Assembly (NCBI GenBank): GCA_964057225.1
Contig: OZ059900.1
Span: 8,494,001 to 8,558,000 of the forward strand
Direction: 5' to 3'
DNA: 64,000 bases
DNA from: Auanema rhodensis
Taxonomy: Eukaryota; Animalia; Nematoda
The notes beneath the pieces are model-generated. The model searched no databases. It was not told where the DNA came from and saw only the letters and a program-made list of their open reading frames with translations. Shown here piece after piece: positions 1 to 12,400 of the stretch (positions are counted from its first letter, which is position 1; the number at the start of each line of letters is the position of its first letter). The translations under genes were made by a program, and so were the position numbers.

Positions 1-348
1 AGTTTTCACATGTTTTGTACCCAAAATCGTTGAATATATGGCGTTTTGAGCATAAAAAGGCCCATATTTCAATCAGTTTGGATATTTGTGCAAAATACAC
101 CTATATGAACATTCTATGACAGTCTTCCATACATTTAGTCGTTTTAGAAGAAAAAAATATGCTTAAGATCAAAAGTTTGACTGATTTTGCCAAAATGCCC
201 TTCAATCCCCAAAAAACCAATAATTCTTGATATTTTCGGTCCTTTTTGACCAAAGTGGTTAAAATTGGACATATATATGTGAAAATAGTCAAAGTTTATG
301 AATCCTGAATTTCAAATCCATATCTCAAAGGGTCTGATCAAAACATAC
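1..348. repeat. Representative 348-bp monomer (arbitrary phase)
   Basis: First full period. About 105/348 G+C in the consensus. Recurrent variable positions include 80, 87, 88, 96, 98, 107, 114, 116, 124, 127, 172, 188, 198, 206, 237, 245, 247, 256, 261, 267, 268, 274, 281, 291, 300 and 313. Confidence 0.98.
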
Positions 349-3300
349 AGTTTTCACATATTTTGTACCCAAAATCGTTGAATATATGGCGTTTTGAGCA
401 TAAAAAGGCCCATATTTCAATCAGTTTTGATATTTGTGCAAAACACACCTATATGAACATTCTATGACAGTATTTCATACATTTAGTCGTTTTAGAAGAA
501 AAAAATATGCTTAAGATCAAAAGTTTGACTGATTTTGCCAAAATGTCCTTCAAACCCCAAAAAACCAATAATTCTTGATATTTTCGGTCCTTTTTGACCA
601 AAGCGGTTAAAATTGAACATATATATGTGAGAATAGTCAAAGTTTATGAATCCTGAATTTCAAATCCATATCTCAAAGGGTCTGATCAAAACATACAGTT
701 TTCACATGTTTTGTACCCAAAATCGTTGAATATATGGCGTTTTGAGCATAAAAAGGCCCATATTTCAATCAGTTTTGATATTTGTGCAAAATAGACCTAT
801 ATCAACATTCTATGACAGTATTCCATACATTTAGTCGTTTTAGAAGAAAAAAATATGCTTAAGATCAAAAGTTTGACTGATTTTGCCAAAATGCCCTTCA
901 ATCCCCAAAAAACCAATAATTCTTGATATTTTCGGTCCTTTTTGACCAAAGTGGTTAAAATTGGACATATATATGTAAAAATAGTCAAAGTTTATGAATC
1001 CTGATTTTCAAATCCATATCTCAAAGGGTCTGATCAAAACATACAGTTTTCAAATGTTTTGTACCCGAAATCGTTGAATATATGGCGTTTTGAGCATAAA
1101 AAGGCCCATATTTCAATCAGTTTGGATATTTGTGCAAAATACACCTATATGAACATTCTATGACAGTCTTCCATACATTTAGTCGTTTTAGAAGAAAAAA
1201 ATATGCTTAAGATCAAAAGTTTGACTGATTTTGCCAAAATGCCCTTCAATCCCCAAAAAACCAATAATTCTTGATATTTTCGGTCCTTTTTGACCAAAGT
1301 GGTTAAAATTTGACATATATATGTGAAAATAGTCAAAGTTTATGAATCCTGAATTTCAAATCCATATCTCAAAGGGTCTGATCAAAACATACAGTTTTCA
1401 CATGTTTTGTACCCAAAATCGTTGAATATATGGCGTTTTGAGCATAAAAAGGCCCATATTTCAATCAGTTTCGATATTCTTGCAAAATACACCTATATCA
1501 ACATTCTATGACAGTATTCCATACATTTAGTCGTTTTAGAAGAAAAAAATATGCTTAAGATCAAAAGTTTGACTGATTTTGCCAAAATGCCCTTCAATCC
1601 CCAAAAAACCAATAATTCTTGATATTTTCGGTCCTTCTTGACCAAAGTGGTTGAAATTGAACATATATATGTAAAAATAGTCAAAGTTTATAAATCCTGA
1701 ATTTCAAATCCATATCTCAAAGGGTCTGATCAAAACATACAGTTTTCACATGTTTTGTACCCAAAATCGTTGAATATATGGCGTTTTGAGCATAAAAAGG
1801 CCCATATTTCAATCAGTTTTGATATTCGTGCAAAATACACCTATATGAACATTCTTTGACAGTATTTCATACATTTAGTCGTTTTAGAAAAAAAAAATAT
1901 GCTTAAGATCAAAAGTTTGACTGATTTTGCCAAAATGCCCTTCAATCCCCAAAAAACCAATAATTCTTGATATTTTCGGTCCTTTTTGACCAAAGTGGTT
2001 AAAATTGGACATATATATGTAAAAATAGTCAAAGTTTATGAATCCTGAATTTCAAATCCATATCTCAAAGGGTCTGATCAAAACATACAGTTTTCACATG
2101 TTTTGTACCCAAAATCGTTGAATATATGGCGTTTTGAGCATAAAAAGGCCCATATTTCAATCAGTTTGGATATTTGTGCAAAATACACCTATATGAACAT
2201 TCTATGACAGTCTTCCATACATTTAGTCGTTTTAGAAGAAAAAAATATGCTTAAGATCAAAAGTTTGACTGATTTTGCCAAAATGCCCTTCAATCCCCAA
2301 AAAACCAATAATTCTTGATATTTTCGGTCCTTTTTGACCAAAGTGGTTAAAATTGGACATATATATGTGAAAATAGTCAAAGTTTATGAATCCTGAATTT
2401 CAAATCCATATCTCAAAGGGTCTGATCAAAACATACAGTTTTCACATGTTTTGTACCCAAAATCGTTGAATATATGGCGTTTTGAGCATAAAAAGGCCCA
2501 TATTTCAATCAGTTTTGATATTCGTGCAAAACACACCTATATGAACATTCTATGACAGTATTTCATACATTTAGTCGTTTTAGAAGAAAAAAATATGCTT
2601 AAGATCAAAAGTTTGACTGATTTTGCCAAAATGTCCTTCAAACCCCAAAAAACCAATAATTCTTGATATTTTCGGTCCTTCTTGACCAAAGTGGTTGAAA
2701 TTGAACATATATATGTAAAAATAGTCAAAGTTTATAAATCCTGAATTTCAAATCCATATCTCAAAGGGTCTGATCAAAACATACAGTTTTCACATGTTTT
2801 GTACCCAAAATCGTTGAATATATGGCGTTTTGAGCATAAAAAGGCCCATATTTCAATCAGTTTTGATATTCGTGCAAAATACACCTATATGAACATTCCT
2901 TGACAGTATTTCATACATTTAGTCGTTTTAGAAGAAAAAAATATGCTTAAGATCAAAAGTTTGACTGATTTAGCCAAAATGTCCTTCAAACCCCAAAAAA
3001 CCAATAATTCTTGATATTTTCGGACCTTTTTGACCAAAGTGGTTAAAATTGAACATATATATGTAAAAATAGTCAAAGTTTATGAATCCTGAATTTCAAA
3101 TCCATATCTCAAAGGGTCTGATCAAAACATACAGTTTTCACATGTTTTGTACCCAAAATCGTTGAATATATGGCGTTTTGAGCATAAAAAGGCCCATATT
3201 TCAATCAGTTTTGATATTCGTGCAAAATACACCTATATGAACATTCTTTGACAGTATTTCATACATTTAGTCGTTTTAGAAGAAAAAAATATGCTTAAGA

Positions 3301-3400
3301 TCAAAAGTTTGACTGATTTTGCCAAAATGCCCTTCAATCCCCAAAAAACCAATAATTCTTGATATTTTCGGTCCTTTTTGACCAAAGTGGTTAAAATTGG

Positions 3401-3416
3401 ACATATATATATATGT
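3401..3416. repeat. (AT)n slippage expansion, +4 bp, giving a 352-bp monomer (M10)
   Basis: ACATATATATATATGT here versus ACATATATATGT in other monomers. The downstream register shifts by +4. Confidence 0.93.
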
Positions 3417-6400
3417 AAAAATAGTCAAAGTTTATGAATCCTGAATTTCAAATCCATATCTCAAAGGGTCTGATCAAAACATACAGTTTTCACATGTTTT
3501 GTACCCAAAATCGTTGAATATATGGCGTTTTGAGCATAAAAAGGCCCATATTTCAATCAGTTTGGATATTTGTGCAAAATACACCTATATGAACATTCTA
3601 TGACAGTCTTCCATACATTTAGTCGTTTTAGAAGAAAAAAATATGCTTAAGATCAAAAGTTTGACTGATTTTGCCAAAATGCCCTTCAATCCCCAAAAAA
3701 CCAATAATTCTTGATATTTTCGGTCCTTTTTGACCAAAGTGGTTAAAATTGGACATATATATGTGAAAATAGTCAAAGTTTATGAATCCTGAATTTCAAA
3801 TCCATATCTCAAAGGGTCTGATCAAAACATACAGTTTTCACATATTTTGTACCCAAAATCGTTGAATATATGGCGTTTTGAGCATAAAAAGGCCCATATT
3901 TCAATCAGTTTTGATATTTGTGCAAAACACACCTATATGAACATTCTATGACAGTATTTCATACATTTAGTCGTTTTAGAAGAAAAAAATATGCTTAAGA
4001 TCAAAAGTTTGACTGATTTTGCCAAAATGTCCTTCAAACCCCAAAAAACCAATAATTCTTGATATTTTCGGTCCTTTTTGACCAAAGCGGTTAAAATTGA
4101 ACATATATATGTGAAAATAGTCAAAGTTTATGAATCCTGAATTTCAAATCCATATCTCAAAGGGTCTGATCAAAACATACAGTTTTCACATGTTTTGTAC
4201 CCAAAATCGTTGAATATATGGCGTTTTGAGCATAAAAAGGCCCATATTTCAATCAGTTTTGATATTTGTGCAAAATAGACCTATATGAACATTCTATGAC
4301 AGTATTTCATACATTTAGTCGTTTTAGAAGAAAAAAATATGCTTAAGATCAAAAGTTTGACTGATTTAGCCAAAATGCCCTTCAAACCCCAAAAAACCAA
4401 TAATTCTTGATATTTTCGGTCCTTTTTGACCAAAGTGGTTAAAATTGGACATATATATAGAAAAATAGTCGAAGTTTATGAATCCTGAATTTCAAATCCA
4501 TATCTCAAAGGGTCTGATCAAAACATACAGTTTTCACATGTTTTGTACCCAAAATCGTTGAATATATGGCGTTTTGAGCATAAAAAGGCCCATATTTCAA
4601 TCAGTTTCGATATTCTTGCAAAATACACCTATATCAACATTCTATGACAGTATTCCATACATTTAGTCGTTTTAGAAGAAAAAAATATGCTTAAGATCAA
4701 AAGTTTGACTGATTTTGCCAAAATGCCCTTCAATCCCCAAAAAACCAATAATTCTTGATATTTTCGGTCCTTTTTGACCAAAGTGGTTAAAATTTGACAT
4801 ATATATGTGAAAATAGTCAAAGTTTATGAATCCTGAATTTCAAATCCATATCTCAAAGGGTCTGATCAAAACATACAGTTTTCACATGTTTTGTACCCAA
4901 AATCGTTGAATATATGGCGTTTTGAGCATAAAAAGGCCCATATTTCAATCAGTTTCGATATTCTTGCAAAATACACCTATATCAACATTCTATGACAGTA
5001 TTCCATACATTTAGTCGTTTTAGAAGAAAAAAATATGCTTAAGATCAAAAGTTTGACTGATTTTGCCAAAATGCCCTTCAATCCCCAAAAAACCAATAAT
5101 TCTTGATATTTTCGGTCCTTCTTGACCAAAGTGGTTGAAATTGAACATATATATGTAAAAATAGTCAAAGTTTATAAATCCTGAATTTCAAATCCATATC
5201 TCAAAGGGTCTGATCAAAACATACAGTTTTCACATGTTTTGTACCCAAAATCGTTGAATATATGGCGTTTTGAGCATAAAAAGGCCCATATTTCAATCAG
5301 TTTTGATATTCGTGCAAAATACACCTATATGAACATTCTTTGACAGTATTTCATACATTTAGTCGTTTTAGAAGAAAAAAATATGCTTAAGATCAAAAGT
5401 TTGACTGATTTTGCCAAAATGCCCTTCAATCCCCAAAAAACCAATAATTCTTGATATTTTCGGTCCTTTTTGACCAAAGTGGTTAAAATTGGACATATAT
5501 ATGTAAAAATAGTCAAAGTTTATGAATCCTGAATTTCAAATCCATATCTCAAAGGGTCTGATCAAAACATACAGTTTTCACATGTTTTGTACCCAAAATC
5601 GTTGAATATATGGCGTTTTGAGCATAAAAAGGCCCATATTTCAATCAGTTTGGATATTTGTGCAAAATACACCTATATGAACATTCTATGACAGTCTTCC
5701 ATACATTTAGTCGTTTTAGAAGAAAAAAATATGCTTAAGATCAAAAGTTTGACTGATTTTGCCAAAATGCCCTTCAATCCCCAAAAAACCAATAATTCTT
5801 GATATTTTCGGTCCTTTTTGACCAAAGTGGTTAAAATTGGACATATATATGTGAAAATAGTCAAAGTTTATGAATCCTGAATTTCAAATCCATATCTCAA
5901 AGGGTCTGATCAAAACATACAGTTTTCACATGTTTTGTACCCAAAATCGTTGAATATATGGCGTTTTGAGCATAAAAAGGCCCATATTTCAATCAGTTTT
6001 GATATTCGTGCAAAACACACCTATATGAACATTCTATGACAGTATTTCATACATTTAGTCGTTTTAGAAGAAAAAAATATGCTTAAGATCAAAAGTTTGA
6101 CTGATTTTGCCAAAATGTCCTTCAAACCCCAAAAAACCAATAATTCTTGATATTTTCGGTCCTTCTTGACCAAAGTGGTTGAAATTGAACATATATATGT
6201 AAAAATAGTCAAAGTTTATAAATCCTGAATTTCAAATCCATATCTCAAAGGGTCTGATCAAAACATACAGTTTTCACATGTTTTGTACCCAAAATCGTTG
6301 AATATATGGCGTTTTGAGCATAAAAAGGCCCATATTTCAATCAGTTTTGATATTCGTGCAAAATACACCTATATGAACATTCCTTGACAGTATTTCATAC

Positions 6401-9400
6401 ATTTAGTCGTTTTAGAAGAAAAAAATATGCTTAAGATCAAAAGTTTGACTGATTTTGCCAAAATGCCCTTCAATCCCCAAAAAACCAATAATTCTTGATA
6501 TTTTCGGTCCTTTTTGACCAAAGTGGTTAAAATTGGACATATATATGTAAAAATAGTCAAAGTTTATGAATCCTGAATTTCAAATCCATATCTCAAAGGG
6601 TCTGATCAAAACATACAGTTTTCACATGTTTTGTACCCAAAATCGTTGAATATATGGCGTTTTGAGCATAAAAAGGCCCATATTTCAATCAGTTTGGATA
6701 TTTGTGCAAAATACACCTATATGAACATTCTATGACAGTCTTCCATACATTTAGTCGTTTTAGAAGAAAAAAATATGCTTAAGATCAAAAGTTTGACTGA
6801 TTTTGCCAAAATGCCCTTCAATCCCCAAAAAACCAATAATTCTTGATATTTTCGGTCCTTTTTGACCAAAGTGGTTAAAATTGGACATATATATGTGAAA
6901 ATAGTCAAAGTTTATGAATCCTGAATTTCAAATCCATATCTCAAAGGGTCTGATCAAAACATACAGTTTTCACATGTTTTGTACCCAAAATCGTTGAATA
7001 TATGGCGTTTTGAGCATAAAAAGGCCCATATTTCAATCAGTTTTGATATTCGTGCAAAACACACCTATATGAACATTCTATGACAGTATTTCATACATTT
7101 AGTCGTTTTAGAAGAAAAAAATATGCTTAAGATCAAAAGTTTGACTGATTTTGCCAAAATGTCCTTCAAACCCCAAAAAACCAATAATTCTTGATATTTT
7201 CGGTCCTTTTTGACCAAAGCGGTTAAAATTGAACATATATATGTGAAAATAGTCAAAGTTTATGAATCCTGAATTTCAAATCCATATCTCAAAGGGTCTG
7301 ATCAAAACATACAGTTTTCACATGTTTTGTACCCAAAATCGTTGAATATATGGCGTTTTGAGCATAAAAAGGCCCATATTTCAATCAGTTTTGATATTTG
7401 TGCAAAATAGACCTATATGAACATTCTATGACAGTATTTCATACATTTAGTCGTTTTAGAAGAAAAAAATATGCTTAAGATCAAAAGTTTGACTGATTTA
7501 GCCAAAATGCCCTTCAAACCCCAAAAAACCAATAATTCTTGATATTTTCGGTCCTTTTTGACCAAAGTGGTTAAAATTGGACATATATATGTAAAAATAG
7601 TCGAAGTTTATGAATCCTGAATTTCAAATCCATATCTCAAAGGGTCTGATCAAAACATACAGTTTTCACATGTTTTGTACCCAAAATCGTTGAATATATG
7701 GCGTTTTGAGCATAAAAAGGCCCATATTTCAATCAGTTTCGATATTCTTGCAAAATACACCTATATCAACATTCTATGACAGTATTCCATACATTTAGTC
7801 GTTTTAGAAGAAAAAAATATGCTTAAGATCAAAAGTTTGACTGATTTTGCCAAAATGCCCTTCAATCCCCAAAAAACCAATAATTCTTGATATTTTCGGT
7901 CCTTCTTGACCAAAGTGGTTAAAATTGAACATATATATGTAAAAATAGTCAAAGTTTATGAATCCTGAATTTAAAATCCATATCTCAAAGGGTCTGATCA
8001 AAACATACAGTTTTCACATGTTTTGTACCCAAAATCGTTGAATATATGGCGTTTTGAGCATAAAAAGGCCCATATTTCAATCAGTTTTGATATTCGTGCA
8101 AAATACACCTATATGAACATTCTATGACAGTATTTCATACATTTAGTCGTTTTAGAAGAAAAAAATATGCTTAAGATCAAAAGTTTGACTGATTTTGCCA
8201 AAATGCCCTTCAATCCCCAAAAAACCAATAATTCTTGATATTTTCGGTCCTTTTTGACCAAAGTGGTTAAAATTGGACATAAATATGTAAAAATAGTCAA
8301 AGTTTATGAATCCTGAATTTCAAATCCATATCTCAAAGGGTCTGATCAAAACATACAGTTTTCACATGTTTTGTACCCAGAATCGTTGAAAATATGGCGT
8401 TTTGAGCATAAAAAGGCCCATATTTCAATCAGTTTCGATATTCGTGCAAAATACACCTGTATCAACATTCTATGACAGTATTCCATACATTTAGTCGTTT
8501 TAGAAGAAAAAAATATGCTTAAGATCAAAAGTTTGACTGATTTTGCCAAAATGCCCTTCAATCCCCAAAAAACCAATAATTCTTGATATTTTCGGTCCTT
8601 TTTGACCAAAGTGGTTAAAATTGAACATATATATGTAAAAATAGTCAAAGTTTATGAATCCTGAATTTCAAATCCATATCTCAAAGGGTCTGATCAAAAC
8701 ATACAGTTTTCACATGTTTTGTACCCAAAATCGTTGAATATATGGCGTTTTGAGCATAAAAAGGCCCATATTTCAATCAGTTTTGATATTTGTGCAAAAT
8801 ACACCTATATGAACATTCTATGACAGTATTTCATACATTTAGTCGTTTTAGAAGAAAAAAATATGCTTAAGATCAAAAGTTTGACTGATTTTGCCAAAAT
8901 GCCCTTCAATCCCCAAAAAACCAATAATTCTTGATATTTTCGGTCCTTTTTGACCAAAGTGGTTAAAATTGGACATAAATATGTAAAAATAGTCAAAGTT
9001 TATGAATCCTGAATTTCAAATCCATATCTCAAAGGGTCTGATCAAAACATACAGTTTTCACATGTTTTGTACCCAAAATCGTTGAATATATGGCGTTTTG
9101 AGCATAAAAAGGCCCATATTTCAATCAGTTTCGATATTCGTGCAAAATACACCTATATCAACATTCTATGACAGTATTCCATACATTTAGTCGTTTTAGA
9201 AGAAAAAAATATGCTTAAGATCAAAAGTTTGACTGATTTTGCCAAAATGCCCTTCAATCCCCAAAAAACCAATAATTCTTGATATTTTCGGTCCTTTTTG
9301 ACCAAAGTGGTTAAAATTGAACATATATATGTAAAAATAGTCAAAGTTTATGAATCCTGAATTTCAAATCCATATCTCAAAGGGTCTGATCAAAACATAC

Positions 9401-12400
9401 AGTTTTCACATGTTTTGTACCCAAAATCGTTGAATATATGGCGTTTTGAGCATAAAAAGGCCCATATTTCAATCAGTTTTGATATTTGTGCAAAATAGAC
9501 CTATATGAACATTCTATGACAGTATTTCATACATTTAGTCGTTTTAGAAGAAAAAAATATGCTTAAGATCAAAAGTTTGACTGATTTTGCCAAAATGCCC
9601 TTCAATCCCCAAAAAACCAATAATTCTTGATATTTTTGGTCCTTTTTGACCAAAGTGGTTAAAATTGGACATATATATGTAAAAATAGTCAAAGTTTATG
9701 AATCCTGAATTTCAAATCCATATCTCAAAGGGTCTGATCAAAACATACAGTTTTCACATGTTTTGTACCCAAAATCGTTGAATATATGGCGTTTTGAGCA
9801 TAAAAAGGCCCATATTTCAATCAGTTTCGATATTCGTGCAAAATACACCTATATCAACATTCTATGACAGTATTCCATACATTTAGTCGTTTTAGAAGAA
9901 AAAAATATGCTTAAGATCAAAAGTTTGACTGATTTAGCCAAAATGCCCTTCAATCCCCAAAAAACCAATAATTCTTGATATTTTCGGTCCTTTTCGACCA
10001 AAGTGGTTAAAATTGGACATATATATGTGAAAATAGTCAAAGTTTATGAATCCTGAATTTCAAATCCATATCTCAAAGGGTCTGATCAAAACATACAGTT
10101 TTCACATGTTTTGTACCCAAAATCGTTGAATATATGGCGTTTTGAGCATAAAAAGGCCCATATTTCAATCAGTTTTGATATTCGTGCAAAACACACCTAT
10201 ATGAACATTCTATGACAGTATTTCATACATTTAGTCGTTTTAGAAGAAAAAAATATGCTTAAGATCAAAAGTTTGACTGATTTTGCCAAAATGTCCTTCA
10301 AACCCCAAAAAACCAATAATTCTTGATATTTTCGGTCCTTTTTGACCAAAGCGGTTAAAATTGAACATATATATGTGAAAATAGTCAAAGTTTATGAATC
10401 CTGAATTTCAAATCCATATCTCAAAGGGTCTGATCAAAACATACAGTTTTCACATGTTTTGTACCCAAAATCGTTGAATATATGGCGTTTTGAGCATAAA
10501 AAGGCCCATATTTCAATCAGTTTTGATATTTGTGCAAAATAGACCTATATGAACATTCTATGACAGTATTTCATACATTTAGTCGTTTTAGAAGAAAAAA
10601 ATATGCTTAAGATCAAAAGTTTGACTGATTTTGCCAAAATGCCCTTCAATCCCCAAAAAACCAATAATTCTTGATATTTTTGGTCCTTTTTGACCAAAGT
10701 GGTTAAAATTGGACATATATATGTAAAAATAGTCAAAGTTTATGAATCCTGAATTTCAAATCCATATCTCAAAGGGTCTGATCAAAACATACAGTTTTCA
10801 CATGTTTTGTACCCAAAATCGTTGAATATATGGCGTTTTGAGCATAAAAAGGCCCATATTTCAATCAGTTTCGATATTCGTGCAAAATACACCTATATCA
10901 ACATTCTATGACAGTATTCCATACATTTAGTCGTTTTAGAAGAAAAAAATATGCTTAAGATCAAAAGTTTGACTGATTTAGCCAAAATGCCCTTCAATCC
11001 CCAAAAAACCAATAATTCTTGATATTTTCGGTCCTTTTCGACCAAAGTGGTTAAAATTGGACATATATATGTGAAAATAGTCAAAGTTTATGAATCCTGA
11101 ATTTCAAATCCATATCTCAAAGGGTCTGATCAAAACATACAGTTTTCACATGTTTTGTACCCAAAATCGTTGAATATATGGCGTTTTGAGCATAAAAAGG
11201 CCCATATTTCAATCAGTTTTGATATTCGTGCAAAACACACCTATATGAACATTCTATGACAGTATTTCATACATTTAGTCGTTTTAGAAGAAAAAAATAT
11301 GCTTAAGATCAAAAGTTTGACTGATTTTGCCAAAATGTCCTTCAAACCCCAAAAAACCAATAATTCTTGATATTTTCGGTCCTTTTTGACCAAAGCGGTT
11401 AAAATTGAACATATATATGTGAAAATAGTCAAAGTTTATGAATCCTGAATTTCAAATCCATATCTCAAAGGGTCTGATCAAAACATACAGTTTTCACATG
11501 TTTTGTACCCAAAATCGTTGAATATATGGCGTTTTGAGCATAAAAAGGCCCATATTTCAATCAGTTTTGATATTTGTGCAAAATAGACCTATATGAACAT
11601 TCTATGACAGTATTTCATACATTTAGTCGTTTTAGAAGAAAAAAATATGCTTAAGATCAAAAGTTTGACTGATTTAGCCAAAATGCCCTTCAAACCCCAA
11701 AAAACCAATAATTCTTGATATTTTCGGTCCTTTTTGACCAAAGTGGTTAAAATTGGACATATATATGTAAAAATAGTCGAAGTTTATGAATCCTGAATTT
11801 CAAATCCTTATCTCAAAGGGTCTGATCAAAACATACAGTTTTCACATGTTTTGTACCCAAAATCGTTGAATATATGGCGTTTTGAGCATAAAAAGGCCCA
11901 TATTTCAATCAGTTTCGATATTCGTGCAAAATACACCTATATCAACATTCTATGACAGTATTCCATACATTTAGTCGTTTTAGAAGAAAAAAATATGCTT
12001 AAGATCAAAAGTTTGACTGATTTAGCCAAAATGCCCTTCAATCCCCAAAAAACCAATAATTCTTGATATTTTCGGTCCTTTTCGACCAAAGTGGTTAAAA
12101 TTGGACATATATATGTGAAAATAGTCAAAGTTTATGAATCCTGAATTTCAAATCCATATCTCAAAGGGTCTGATCAAAACATACAGTTTTCACATGTTTT
12201 GTACCCAAAATCGTTGAATATATGGCGTTTTGAGCATAAAAAGGCCCATATTTCAATCAGTTTTGATATTCGTGCAAAACACACCTATATGAACATTCTA
12301 TGACAGTATTTCATACATTTAGTCGTTTTAGAAGAAAAAAATATGCTTAAGATCAAAAGTTTGACTGATTTTGCCAAAATGTCCTTCAAACCCCAAAAAA

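Larger units (their letters stand above)
1..6616. repeat. Imperfect 10-monomer block duplication (offset 3484 bp): M1-M9 versus M11-M19
   Basis: Rare variants pair at exactly 3484 bp: CACATATTTT (360/3844), AAAATTTGAC (1311/4795) and ATTCCTTGAC (2899/6383). The monomer-type order also largely matches in the ORF track. Confidence 0.85.

Noticed and set aside
58-64. AGGCCCA, matching the plant site II (TGGGCY) TCP-binding motif on the minus strand
   Set aside because: A single 6-7-bp match per monomer with no gene nearby is compatible with chance, and the host taxon is not established.
234-251. CENP-B box
   Set aside because: TTCG is present, but the required downstream A and CGGG of TTCGNNNNANNCGGG are missing, both here and at the TTCG variant near position 78-81.
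1-348. Tandem RNA gene unit (5S rRNA, tRNA, snRNA, spliced leader)
   Set aside because: I recognise no 5S, tRNA or snRNA sequence or Pol III internal box in the 30%-GC monomer. An Infernal/Rfam scan would be the formal test.
1885-1898. GAAGAAAAAAA to GAAAAAAAAAA variant in M6, M71 and M162 as a lineage marker
   Set aside because: It occurs on different monomer backgrounds inside an A-rich run, so recurrent mutation or base-calling error is more likely.
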